DNA of 64,000 bases from positions 32,001-96,000 of the forward strand of contig CAVYTA010000004.1 of NCBI GenBank assembly GCA_963771355.1, written 5' to 3'. Shown one piece after another: positions 41,001-50,550 of the stretch. The notes beneath the pieces are model-generated. The model searched no databases, was not told the origin of the DNA, and worked only from the letters and a program-made list of their open reading frames with translations. Positions within the stretch are counted from its first letter, which is position 1; every line of letters starts with the position of its first letter. A program made the position numbers and the translations under genes. The DNA is from an uncultured Candidatus Rokubacteria bacterium (GTDB lineage Bacteria; Methylomirabilota; Methylomirabilia; Rokubacteriales; CSP1-6).

Positions 41001-41981
41001 ATGCTGGTCCTCTCCCGACGGGACGTGCTCGATCTCCTCTCCCTGCGGGACTGCATCGACGCGGTGGAGCGCGCGTTCCGGCTCCATGCCGAGGGCGGCA
41101 CCCTCGGTCCCGGCGTGCTGGGAATACGCGCCGGCGCGGGGGGCTTTCACATCAAGGCCGCCGGCCTCGTCGGGGTGCGATAGCTACTTCGCGGCCAAGA
41201 TCAACGCCAACTTTCCCGACAACCCGCGCCGCGTGGGGCTCCCCACCATCCAGGGGATCGTCGTGCTCGCCGACGCGAGCACCGGCACACCGCTGGCGAT
41301 GATGGAGTCGGCGCGGTGACGGCTTTGCGCACGGGGGCGGCGACCGCCGTGGCCGCGAAGTACCTGGCCCGATCGGACGCGCAGACCGTCACCGTGCTGG
41401 GCGCGGGCGCGCAGGGCGAGATCCAGCTGGCCGCGCTCGCGGCGGTGCTCCCGCTCCGGCGCGCCTGGGTGCTCGATATCGACCCGGCGCGCGCGGAGGG
41501 CCTGGCCGAGCGCGCGGGGCGGCGTCTGGGGTTTCCCGTGACCGCGGCCGGGGATCTGGCGGTGGCCCTGAGCGAAAGCGACGTCTGCGTGACGTGCACG
41601 CCTTCGCGCGAGGCGCTGGTGGCCGCCGCCGACGTCCGGCCGGGGACGTTCATCGCCGCGGTGGGGGCCGACAGTCACGGCAAGCAAGAGCTCGACCCCA
41701 AGCTGGTCGCCACCGCCACCCTGGTCGTGGACGTCCTGGAGCAATGCGCCGAGATCGGTGAGCTGCAGCACGCGCTCGCCGCCGGGCTCATCACGCGGGA
41801 CGAGGTCCACGCGGAGCTGGCGGACGTCGTGGTCGGGCGCCGCGCGGGGCGCACGCGCGCGGACGAGATCACGATCTTCGACAGCTCCGGCACCGCGCTG
41901 CAGGACGTCGCCGCCGCGGTCGCGCTGTACGACAAGGCGCGCGGGGCCGGCCGCGGTACGGAGGTCAGGCTGGATGATTGA
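41001..41981 (+). CDS. Ornithine cyclodeaminase/mu-crystallin family (frameshifts near 41180 and 41315)
   Basis: FPDNP..LPTIQG, TALRTGAA, GAGAQG, AVGAD..KQEL, FDSSGTALQD. Confidence 0.85.
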
Positions 41982-43122
41982 CGGGCGCGAGGGTTCGGTG
42001 GGCCCGGTGTTGGTGCGCCCGACCACGGGGGCGCTCCTGAAGTACTTCCTCTACCTGGGGAGCCTCGGGTTCGGGGGGCCGGTGGCGCTGGTGGGGTACA
42101 TGCAGCGCGACCTCGTGGAGCGGCGGCAGTGGTTCACCAAGGAGGAGTACATGAAGTCGCTGGCCCTGGCGCAGCTCGCGCCCGGCCCGCTGGCGGCGCA
42201 GGTCGCCATCTGCCTCGGCTACATCCACTCGCGCGTGGCCGGGGCCACCTGGGTGTCGCTCGCGTTCATCCTCCCGTCGTTCGTCATGACGCTGGCCATC
42301 AGCTGGCTCTACGTCCGCTTCGGAGGGCTTCCCTGGATGCAGGCGGCCTTCTACGGGGTGGGCGCGGTGGTGATCGGGATCATCGTGGTGGCCGCCGGCA
42401 AGCTCGCGAGGCTCACCCTGGCCAAGGCCAGGCTCCAGTGGGCGATCTTCGCGGCGATGGCCGTCGTCACCGCGTGGACCGAGTCCGAGTTCCTCCTGCT
42501 CTTCCTGCTCTCGGGGGTGGTGGTGATGGTGGCTCAGGCCCCCCCGGCGTGGCTCAAGCGCTCGGCGCCCGCGTGCCTGGCGGTGGCGGTGACGCCCGAG
42601 CTGCTCGCGCAGATCCTGTGGTTCTTCACCAAGGCGGGGGCCTTCGTGTTCGGCAGCGGGCTCGCCATCGTGCCGTTCCTCCACGCGGGCGTGGTGCAGG
42701 AGCTCGGCTGGCTGAACGACAAGCAGTTCCTCGATGCGGTGGCCGTCGCCATGCTGACGCCCGGCCCTGTCGTCATCACGGTGGCGTTCATCGGCTACCT
42801 GGTGGCGAGCGTGCCCGGGGCCGTGGCCGCCTCGATCGGCGTGTTCCTTCCCGTGTATCTCTTCGTCGTCATCCCGTTTCCCTTCTTCGATCGGATCAGC
42901 GCCAACCCCAAGGTGGGAGCATTCGTGGCCGGGGTCACGGCGGCGGCCTCCGGCACCATCGCGGGCGCCTGCTTCGTGCTCGCGCGGCGGGCCATCATCG
43001 ACGTGCCGACGCTGCTCATCGCCCTCGCCGCCCTCGGGGTGTCGCTCCGCTTCAAGATTCCGGAACCCCTGCTCATCGCGGCCGGTGCCGCGGCGGGCGT
43101 CATCATCGTTTCCCTTCGCTGA
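41974..43122 (+). CDS. chrA: Chromate efflux transporter ChrA (bidomain)
   Basis: GFGGPVA, QLAPGP, FVFGSG, TPGPVV. Confidence 0.93.
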   Translation: MIDGREGSVGPVLVRPTTGALLKYFLYLGSLGFGGPVALVGYMQRDLVERRQWFTKEEYMKSLALAQLAPGPLAAQVAICLGYIHSRVAGATWVSLAFILPSFVMTLAISWLYVRFGGLPWMQAAFYGVGAVVIGIIVVAAGKLARLTLAKARLQWAIFAAMAVVTAWTESEFLLLFLLSGVVVMVAQAPPAWLKRSAPACLAVAVTPELLAQILWFFTKAGAFVFGSGLAIVPFLHAGVVQELGWLNDKQFLDAVAVAMLTPGPVVITVAFIGYLVASVPGAVAASIGVFLPVYLFVVIPFPFFDRISANPKVGAFVAGVTAAASGTIAGACFVLARRAIIDVPTLLIALAALGVSLRFKIPEPLLIAAGAAAGVIIVSLR

Positions 43123-43133
43123 GGAGGATCACC

Positions 43134-43955
43134 ATGAAATGGATCACTCGTGAACGCGCCCGTGTCGACCGCATCGCCTGCCCCTGGCTCATCCGCCGCT
43201 TCATCGACCCCCGGCCGGAGTTCCTCTTCGTCCCCGCGGGACAGGTGATGGCGGTCGCCACGCGCGAAGGCGCGATCCCCTATGACGTGCCCAACGTCGA
43301 GCTCGGCCACCAGGGCCCGCAGTGCTCGTTCGACGCGTTCATTGCGCGCTACGAGCTGAACGATGCGGCGCTGACGAGGCTGGCGGTGATCGTGCGGGGC
43401 GCCGACACCGACGACCGCCGGCTCACCCCCGAGTCCGCGGGGCTCTATGCCGCCGCCACCGGGTTCCAGGCCATCAGTCGGGATGACGCGGACAACATGG
43501 CGCATCAGTTCCCCCTGTACGACGCGCTCTACGCGTTCGCCCGCCTGGAGACGCCCGAGGTCCCGCCGCGGTCGCGCGTGCTCTTCGTCTGTCTCCACGG
43601 TGCCGCCAAGAGCGTGATCGCGGCCGCGCACTTCCGCCGGCTGGCGGCGGCCCGCGGGCTCGCCATCGACGCGGTGGCCGCGGGCACGGAGCCCGATGGA
43701 GAGCTGGCGCCGGGAGCGGTGAAGGGGCTGGCCGGGGACGGGCTTCGCGCGGCGCCGGCGCGGCCGCGCCCGGTCACCCTGCACGACCTGGATCGCGCCA
43801 TCCGGGTGGTGGGCTTCGGCTGCGAGGTCACGCCGACCCACGGTCAGCCGCTGGAGCAGTGGGACGTGCCGGCGGTGAGCGACGGGTACGAGGCGGCGCG
43901 CGACCGCATCGTCGCGAACGTGGAGCGGCTCGTGGCCGGGCTCGGCGGCGGCTGA
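43134..43955 (+). CDS. ChrB C-domain (ChrF-like) fused to LMW-phosphatase/ArsC-like domain
   Basis: MKWITRERARVDRIACPWLIRRFID then VLFVCLHGAAKS, AGTEPD, WDVP; GAGGAGG RBS. Confidence 0.85.
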   Translation: MKWITRERARVDRIACPWLIRRFIDPRPEFLFVPAGQVMAVATREGAIPYDVPNVELGHQGPQCSFDAFIARYELNDAALTRLAVIVRGADTDDRRLTPESAGLYAAATGFQAISRDDADNMAHQFPLYDALYAFARLETPEVPPRSRVLFVCLHGAAKSVIAAAHFRRLAAARGLAIDAVAAGTEPDGELAPGAVKGLAGDGLRAAPARPRPVTLHDLDRAIRVVGFGCEVTPTHGQPLEQWDVPAVSDGYEAARDRIVANVERLVAGLGGG

Positions 43956-43973
43956 GGCGCGCCGGAAGCTCCG

Positions 43974-44609
43974 CTACGCGAAGGGGTCGTCGTCCGCCTG
44001 CTCGTGCCAGACGTATTCCATGTTGCGAGCGGTGGCGATGGCCATGTCGCGGCCGTGGAGGCGCGCGATGAGGGCCAGCGCCATATCGGTGCCCGCCGAC
44101 ACCCCCGAAGATGTGATGAGATCACCGTCGTCCACCCAGCGCGCCTTGCGCTTCCACAGCACCTTGGGTCCCTGCGGCACCACCCAGTCCCAGGCGATCT
44201 TGTTGCTGGTGGCGGGGCGGCCGTCCATGAGGCCGGTGCGCGCGAGGAGCGCCGAGCCCGTGCAGACGGTGGCGGTCACGGACGCCTTCTCGCTCGCCGC
44301 CCGGAGGCGCCCGAGGAAGGCTGCATTCGTCACCTCGTCACGGGTGCCGGGACCCCCGGGGACGAGGAGGATGTCGAAGGGCGGGGCGTCGTCGAACGTG
44401 TAGTCCGCGTGGGTGGACGGACCCTGGGCGCCCTTGATGGGGCCCCGGCGCTCCGCGACCGTGAACACCTCGAAGAACTGGCGCTGGGTCCCATCGGGCC
44501 GCGTCACACGGCAGGATCCGAAGGCCTGCACGGGCCCGTACATGTCGAGGACGGTGAAGCCGTCGAACAGCACCACCGCCACGCGCTTGACTGCGGGAGT
44601 CTCGGTCAT
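43974..44609 (-). CDS. DJ-1/PfpI family protein
   Basis: LDMYGP, LVPGG, VCTGS, SSGVSAGTD. Confidence 0.9.
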   Translation of the reverse strand: MTETPAVKRVAVVLFDGFTVLDMYGPVQAFGSCRVTRPDGTQRQFFEVFTVAERRGPIKGAQGPSTHADYTFDDAPPFDILLVPGGPGTRDEVTNAAFLGRLRAASEKASVTATVCTGSALLARTGLMDGRPATSNKIAWDWVVPQGPKVLWKRKARWVDDGDLITSSGVSAGTDMALALIARLHGRDMAIATARNMEYVWHEQADDDPFA

Positions 44610-44622
44610 GGCTGCCTCCTGA

Positions 44623-45273
44623 TCAGGTCGTGGGCGCGGCCGCCGCGCGGGCGAGCACGCGGCGGGCGCGCTCGAGAGCCTCCGCGGGCGCGGTGGCGGG
44701 CGAGCCGGCCCGGTACGGCGGCTCGGGGTCGTATTCGATCATGAGCTGGATGGTCTGCGCCACCGAGTCACCGGCGACGAGCGCGGCCAGGCGGAGGGCC
44801 ATGTCGATGCCCGCCGACACGCCCGCCGCCGTCATCACGCGGCCGTCGCGGACCACGCGCTCGCGCATGGGCCGGGCGCCGAACGTCGCCAGCGTGTCCA
44901 GCGCGCCCCAGTGGGTGGTGGCCTGGAGGCCGCGGAGCAAGCCCGCCGCGCCCAGGATGAGCGCCCCCGTGCAGACGGACGTGGTCCAGGTCGTGGTCCG
45001 ATGCGCGGCGGTCAGCCAGTCGAGCACGCGCGGGTCCCCGGCGGCCGGCCGGACGTCCAGGGCGCCCGGCACCACCACGATGTCGGGCCGCGGCACCGCG
45101 TCGAGGCTGTGATCGGCGACGAGCGCGACGCCCGCGTCGGAGCGCTTCGGTCCCGGCTCGGCGGCGACCCACTTGACGGTGGCGCCGGGCAGGGCGGACA
45201 GGACCTGCATGGGTCCGACCGCGTCCAGCGCGGTGAACCCGTCGTAGATCAACACGGCGATCTGGATTGTCAT
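44623..45273 (-). CDS. DJ-1/PfpI family protein (isonitrile hydratase-like)
   Basis: LDAVGP, SVCTGA, TTHW, AGVSAGID, EYDPEPP. Confidence 0.9.
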   Translation of the reverse strand: MTIQIAVLIYDGFTALDAVGPMQVLSALPGATVKWVAAEPGPKRSDAGVALVADHSLDAVPRPDIVVVPGALDVRPAAGDPRVLDWLTAAHRTTTWTTSVCTGALILGAAGLLRGLQATTHWGALDTLATFGARPMRERVVRDGRVMTAAGVSAGIDMALRLAALVAGDSVAQTIQLMIEYDPEPPYRAGSPATAPAEALERARRVLARAAAAPTT

Positions 45274-45368
45274 GCCCCGAGAGTGACCCAGCCACAGGCC
45301 GGCCGCAATGCCGAACACGGACGAATCCGCCCGGACTTGGCCCCGCCATTCCGTACTAGAATCGGGCC

Positions 45369-46211
45369 ATGAAGGAAGCTTGGGAGGAAGGTGCCACCCC
45401 CTCGTCTTCCATATCCGCTCGCCTCGCCTCCGGCAGCGGCTCGCCAGATGACGTATCCGCTCGCCTTGCCTCCGGCAGCGGCTCGCCAGATGACGTATCC
45501 GCTCGCCTCGCCTCCGGCAGCGGCTCGCCAGACTATGCCCACCAGTTCAACCCGCCGTGGGCGCTGGATCCTGCCCGGGTGGCCCTGGTGGTGGTGGACA
45601 TGCAGTACGCCAGCGCTTCGCGTCGCGAGGGGCTGGGCCGTCTCCTCAAGGACCGGGGAGAAGAGTCGCTGGGCGCGTACCGCTTCGACCGGATCGAGAA
45701 CGTGGTGGTGCCTACCATCCAGCGCCTGCTCGCCGGCTTCCGCGCGCGCGGGCTGCGCGTGGTCTATCTGACCGTGGGCTCGACGCTCCCCGACTTCAGC
45801 GACCTCCTCCCGCACATGCGGCCCTTCGCGGAAAGCATCGGTAACACGGAGGGGCGGCGCGAGCACGAGATCCTCGACGATCTCGCCCCGCGCCCCGGTG
45901 AGGCCGTCCTGAACAAGACCACCATGAGCGCCTTCCACTCCTCGGGCTTCGAGCGCCTGATGCGGTCCTGGGGGGTGTCGCAGCTCTGCTTCACCGGCGT
46001 GTCCACCAACTCGTGCGTGGAGGGCACCGCGCGGGACGCCGCCGACCGCGGCTTCCAGGCGCTGCTCGTCGAGGACGGCTGCGGGGCGGCCAGCCCGCGA
46101 CTCCACGAGGCCACCTGCGAGAACTTCCAGCGCCTGCTCGGGCGGGTGGCGTCGAGCACCGACGTCCTCGTGGAGCTCGGCGCCGCCTCCGCCCGCACTC
46201 CGTCTCTCTGA
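45369..46211 (+). CDS. Isochorismatase/cysteine hydrolase with N-terminal 14-aa repeats
   Basis: [29 protein letters not shown]. Confidence 0.88.
   Translation: MKEAWEEGATPSSSISARLASGSGSPDDVSARLASGSGSPDDVSARLASGSGSPDYAHQFNPPWALDPARVALVVVDMQYASASRREGLGRLLKDRGEESLGAYRFDRIENVVVPTIQRLLAGFRARGLRVVYLTVGSTLPDFSDLLPHMRPFAESIGNTEGRREHEILDDLAPRPGEAVLNKTTMSAFHSSGFERLMRSWGVSQLCFTGVSTNSCVEGTARDAADRGFQALLVEDGCGAASPRLHEATCENFQRLLGRVASSTDVLVELGAASARTPSL
45412..45532 (+). repeat. 42-bp tandem repeat, about 2.9 copies, in frame in the CDS
   Basis: TATCCGCTCGCCTCGCCTCCGGCAGCGGCTCGCCAGATGACG starting at 45412, 45454 and 45496. Confidence 0.95.
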
Positions 46212-46237
46212 TCCGTCGCGTTCGCGAGGAGGATCCC

Positions 46238-46690
46238 ATGGCCGGCAAGCTGTTCGAGGAGCTCGCGACGGGGCAGGTGTTCCAGCACCAGCCCGGCCGC
46301 ACCGTCACCGAGGCGGACAATGTCTTCTTCTCCTGCCTCACCATGAACCCGCAGCCCTTGCATGTCGACTTCCACGCCGCGCAGCAGGCGGAGTTCGGCA
46401 AGCCGCTGGTCAATAGCCTCTTCACCCTGGGCGTGGCGGTGGGGCTCAGCGTGGGCGACACCACGCTGGGCACCACCGTGGGTAACCTCGGCTTCGAGAA
46501 GGTGGAGTTTCCCAAGCCCGTGTTCCACGGCGACACCATCTACTCCGAGACCGAGGTAGTGGAGAAGCGCGAGTCGAAGTCGCGCCCGGCGTGGGGCATC
46601 GTGATCTTCGAGCACCGGGCCCGGAACCAGCACGGCGACCTCGTCATGCGCTGCCGCCGCGCGGCCATGATGCGGCGGCGGGGCGCCTGA
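46238..46690 (+). CDS. MaoC-like dehydratase
   Basis: [23 protein letters not shown]. Confidence 0.9.
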   Translation: MAGKLFEELATGQVFQHQPGRTVTEADNVFFSCLTMNPQPLHVDFHAAQQAEFGKPLVNSLFTLGVAVGLSVGDTTLGTTVGNLGFEKVEFPKPVFHGDTIYSETEVVEKRESKSRPAWGIVIFEHRARNQHGDLVMRCRRAAMMRRRGA

Positions 46691-46705
46691 GAGCGGGGCG
46701 GGACC

Positions 46706-47590
46706 ATGCGGCGCTCGCTGCACTTCGTCCCGGGCGGCAATGAGCGGATGCTGGCCAAGGCGCTCACGCTGCCCGCCGACGGCCTCATCCTCGACCTCGA
46801 GGACGCGGTGACGCCCGACAAGAAGGCGGCCACCCGGCCCATCGTGCGGCAGTGGCTGGAAAGCCGGGACTTCGGGCCTCGCGAGCGCTGGGTGCGCATG
46901 AATCCCATCTACTCCGAGTACGGCGAGACCGACCTGGAGGAGACCATCGCCGGCCGGCCGCACGGGTACGTGGTGCCGAAGCCGCGGCACGCGGGCGACA
47001 TCCGCCGCATCGCGGCGGTGCTGGAGCGACTCGAGCAGCGTCACGGGCTGCCGTGGGGCTCGACGCGGCTGGTGCTCATCGCCACCGAGACGCCGGAAGG
47101 CCTGCTCAATATCCGCGAGGTGGCGGCGGCGAGCCCCCGCATCGCGGCGGTGTCCTGGGGCATCGAGGACCTGTCCGCGGCCATGGGGCTGCCGCGTACC
47201 CGGGACGCGGAGGGCCGCTATCTCGACATTCCGCGGTACGCGCGCGTGATGTGCGCGGTGGCGGCGGCGGCGGCAGGCGTGGAGGCGCTCGACACCGTGT
47301 ACACCGACCTCGCCGACCTGGAGGGCCTGCGCCGCGAGTGCCAGGAGGGGATGTGGATGGGCTTTTCCGGGAAGATATCCATCCATCCCAGCCAGATCGA
47401 GGTGATAAACTCCGTGTTCACACCCTCCAAGGCGGACGCCGAGGAAGCGGTGGCGCTGATCGCGGCCTTCGAGGAGCATGCGCGCCGCGGCGCCGGGGCC
47501 TTCGCCTGGAAGGGGCAGATGATGGACATGCCGCACCTCACGCGCGCGCGGAAGATCGTGGAGCGCGCCCGCCACGCCGGGGTGATCTGA
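46706..47590 (+). CDS. CitE-like CoA-ester lyase (HpcH/HpaI family)
   Basis: RRSLHFVPG, LDLEDAV, VRMN, GIEDL, IHPSQ. Confidence 0.9.
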   Translation: MRRSLHFVPGGNERMLAKALTLPADGLILDLEDAVTPDKKAATRPIVRQWLESRDFGPRERWVRMNPIYSEYGETDLEETIAGRPHGYVVPKPRHAGDIRRIAAVLERLEQRHGLPWGSTRLVLIATETPEGLLNIREVAAASPRIAAVSWGIEDLSAAMGLPRTRDAEGRYLDIPRYARVMCAVAAAAAGVEALDTVYTDLADLEGLRRECQEGMWMGFSGKISIHPSQIEVINSVFTPSKADAEEAVALIAAFEEHARRGAGAFAWKGQMMDMPHLTRARKIVERARHAGVI

Positions 47591-49198
47591 GTGGCCGGAC
47601 GCCGCGCCGCCGCGGTCGCCGTGCTCCTGCTCGCGGCCGCGGTGGTGTTCGCCCTCCCGGTGGGCCGCCGGCCCCTCTTCAACCAGGACGAGGTCCGCTA
47701 CGCCATGCTCGCGCGCGAGGTGGTGGACCACTCGCGCTGGGTCCTGCCCCACGTGCGCGGCGAGGTGTATCTCAACAAGCCGCCCCTGTTCTTCTGGGCG
47801 GTCGCCCTCGTGTCGTTGCCCGCGGGCGGGGTCTCGGACACCACCGCCCCGCTGGTCTCGGTGGTGTCCGCCCTCGCCGGACTGCTCGGGGTGCTCGCCA
47901 TCGGGCGCCGGCTGTGGGGCTTTTCCGCCGGCTTTGGGGCGGCGCTGATTCTCGCCACCGCGCCCTTCTACTTCTTCATGGCCCACCAGGTCCTCACCGA
48001 CATGATGCTGACGGCGTGGCTGACGTGGGCGCTGTACTTCTACCTGCGCGCCACCGCGCCGGGCGGGGGCGCGGGGGCGCTGCTCGGCTTCTATCTCTGC
48101 GTGGCGGGCGCGCTCGGCAGCAAGGGCCCGGTGGCACTCCTCGCCCTCGCCGCCGCCATCGCGGCCACGCTGGCCACCGACGGCCGCGCCGGCCTGCGGG
48201 CCCTGCGGCTGCCGGCGGGGATCGGCCTCATCGCGCCTCACCACCTTGCCCTGGCTCCTGCCGTATGTCCTCCAGACCGAGAAGAGCTATGCCCGCTCCG
48301 TCCTCCTGACCGATTACCTCACCTGGTACTTCCGCTCCGGCGGCGACTCGCGGCTGGTGGGACTGGGCAACTATCTCGGTGGCTTTCTCCCCTGGACGCT
48401 GTTCCTGGGCCCGGCGGTGTGGTGGTGGCGCGTCGCCCCCGACCGCGGACGGCGCCGCTTGCTCGCGTGGGGCACGGTGTTCGTGGTGGCGGTGGCCATC
48501 TCCGGGGCTCAGCGCTCGCGTTACTTCCTGCCCGTGCTGCCCGTGCTCGCGCTCCTCGTGGCCGAGTTCCTCGTTCGCGCCCCCGCCGCGCTCGGCGCGC
48601 CCGCCGCCGCGCCCTCGCCGTGGTGGCGGGGGTAATCGCGGTGGGCACCGCGCTGGGCGCCGCGGTGCTGATGCTGCTGCCCGAGCTCACCGGCGCCCCC
48701 AGCCACAACCTCATCTATGTGCCGGCGCCGGGCCCCGAGCGCTGGCTGGTGGCCGCCCTCGCCCTGGCGGGCGCGGGCACCGCGCTCGTCGCGGCCCTGC
48801 GCGGGGCCGGCGGCCTGGCGGTGACCCTGCGGCTGGCCACCGCGTTGCTCGCCGTGCTCGCGGTGGAGGCGGCGACGTACCCGGCCCGCTACGCCCACTG
48901 GTACGACGTGCGGAGCTTCGTCGAGCGCGTGCGGAAGGAGCGCCCCGCCGGGGGCGTCGTGCTCGCGTATCCCGACGCCAGTCTCGCCTACGATTTCTAC
49001 CTGCGCGGCGCCATCCAGGAGATGCCGCAGCCCGAGGCGGTGCGGGCCTTGGTGGGCCGCCAGTCGCCGAAGGGCGTCCTGCTGATCCGCGAGGAGCGCT
49101 GGACCGCGCTCCAGGTCGGAGCGGATCCCTCGTGGCGGGAAATGGCCTCGGTGACGGTGGCCGGCCGGCGGATCCTCCTGGTCGGCAACGGACACTGA
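47591..49198 (+). CDS. ArnT/GT39-like membrane glycosyltransferase (compensating frameshifts near 48240 and 48605)
   Basis: DEVRYA, YLNKPPLFFW, SKGPV; the alternate frame gives PW..., RYFLP. Confidence 0.85.
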   Translation: MAGRRAAAVAVLLLAAAVVFALPVGRRPLFNQDEVRYAMLAREVVDHSRWVLPHVRGEVYLNKPPLFFWAVALVSLPAGGVSDTTAPLVSVVSALAGLLGVLAIGRRLWGFSAGFGAALILATAPFYFFMAHQVLTDMMLTAWLTWALYFYLRATAPGGGAGALLGFYLCVAGALGSKGPVALLALAAAIAATLATDGRAGLRALRLPAGIGLIAPHHLALAPAVCPPDREELCPLRPPDRLPHLVLPLRRRLAAGGTGQLSRWLSPLDAVPGPGGVVVARRPRPRTAPLARVGHGVRGGGGHLRGSALALLPARAARARAPRGRVPRSRPRRARRARRRALAVVAGVIAVGTALGAAVLMLLPELTGAPSHNLIYVPAPGPERWLVAALALAGAGTALVAALRGAGGLAVTLRLATALLAVLAVEAATYPARYAHWYDVRSFVERVRKERPAGGVVLAYPDASLAYDFYLRGAIQEMPQPEAVRALVGRQSPKGVLLIREERWTALQVGADPSWREMASVTVAGRRILLVGNGH

Positions 49199-49201
49199 TT
49201 C

Positions 49202-49230
49202 TTGACACGTCTCCGTAAGTCTGCTAAAAA
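49202..49230 (+). promoter_or_regulatory. sigma70-type promoter of ABC operon 2
   Basis: TTGACA-N17-TAAAAA with TG extension. Confidence 0.6.
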
Positions 49231-49290
49231 ACACGCTAATTCGAGATGTTCTCCGCCGTCTGCCGCAAAAACTCCAGTGGGAGGTTCACC

Positions 49291-50475
49291 ATGACAAGGC
49301 TGTCTTGGAAAACCGCCGCCGCGGCCTCGGTGGTCGCCGCCGTCATGGCGGGGGCCCTGCCCGCCGCCGCCCAAACGCCGATCAAGATCGGCGCGTCCCT
49401 GTCGCTGACCGGCACCTACGCCAAGCTCGGGTCCTATCAGAAGGAGGGCTACGAGCTCTGCACCCAGGAAGCCAACGACAAGGGCGGGGTGCTCGGACGC
49501 AAGATCGAGTTCGTCGTCTACGACGATCAGTCCACCCCCACCACCGGCCAGCGCCTGTACGAGAAGCTCATCACCGAGGACAAGGTGGACGCGGTGATGG
49601 GGCCCTATTCGTCGCCCATCTCCGAGGCGGTGGCCAACGTGACCGAGAAGTACAAGAAGGTGATGGTCTCGCCGCTCGCCGCGACCACCTCGATCTTCAA
49701 GAAGGGCCGCAAGTACATCTTCATGGTGATCTCGCCCGCCGAGGTCTACCTCGAGGGCTTGGTGGACATGGCGGCCAAGCGCGGTCTCAAGACCATCGCC
49801 ATCGTCAACGAAGACACGTTGTTCACCAAGACCTCCGCGATCGGGGCGGTGGAGATGGCCAAGAAGCGGGGCATGCAGGTCGTCTTCCAAGAGGCCTATC
49901 CCAAGGGGAACACCGACTTCTCGGCGCTCCTCACCAAGGTCAAGGCGGCCAATCCCGACGTGATCGCCGCGTCGACCTACTTCGACGACGCGGTGGCGTT
50001 GACCCGTCAGATGAAGGAGTTGAACGTCAACCCCAAGATGTACGCGGTCACCGTCGGCGGCGACCTTCCGGAATTCTACGACCTGCTCAAGCAGAACGCG
50101 GAGTACATCTATGGCGCGACGCAGTGGGAGCATACCCTGCCCTACCCGGGGCAGAAGGAGTTCTTCACCGCCTACAAGACCAAGTTCAACCGGGAGCCCG
50201 TCTACCACTCGGCGGCGGGCTATGCCGGCTGCGTGATCTACCTCGAGGCGGTGAAGCGCGCGGGCTCGCTGGACTCCGACAAGGTGCGCGAGACTCTGCT
50301 CAAGATGGAGCTGAAGACGGTCTTCGGTGACTACAAGGTCGACCCAGACGGCTTTCAGGTCGCGCACAAGATGGTCATGCTCCAGTGGCAGGACGGCAAG
50401 AAGGTGACCGTCTGGCCCGACGAGCTCGCCACCGGCAAGGTCCGCTTCCCGATGCCGCCGTGGAACCAGCGGTAA
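49291..50475 (+). CDS. Liv-type ABC substrate-binding protein
   Basis: Sec-pathway signal peptide, IKIGASLSLTG, YDDQS, GPYSS; GGAGG RBS. Confidence 0.92.
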   Translation: MTRLSWKTAAAASVVAAVMAGALPAAAQTPIKIGASLSLTGTYAKLGSYQKEGYELCTQEANDKGGVLGRKIEFVVYDDQSTPTTGQRLYEKLITEDKVDAVMGPYSSPISEAVANVTEKYKKVMVSPLAATTSIFKKGRKYIFMVISPAEVYLEGLVDMAAKRGLKTIAIVNEDTLFTKTSAIGAVEMAKKRGMQVVFQEAYPKGNTDFSALLTKVKAANPDVIAASTYFDDAVALTRQMKELNVNPKMYAVTVGGDLPEFYDLLKQNAEYIYGATQWEHTLPYPGQKEFFTAYKTKFNREPVYHSAAGYAGCVIYLEAVKRAGSLDSDKVRETLLKMELKTVFGDYKVDPDGFQVAHKMVMLQWQDGKKVTVWPDELATGKVRFPMPPWNQR

Positions 50476-50550
50476 CCGAGTGCCCGTGACGCGAGCCGCG
50501 AGCGCCCGCCGGAGCTCCGGCGGGCGCCCGCACGCGGCCGCCGGCCCGGC

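Noticed and set aside
41181..41183. TAG read-through (pyrrolysine) in the OCD gene
   Set aside because: The coding sequence continues in a different frame, so this is a frameshift
45412..45532. CRISPR array
   Set aside because: Units are contiguous with no unique spacers, no cas genes, and in frame inside a CDS
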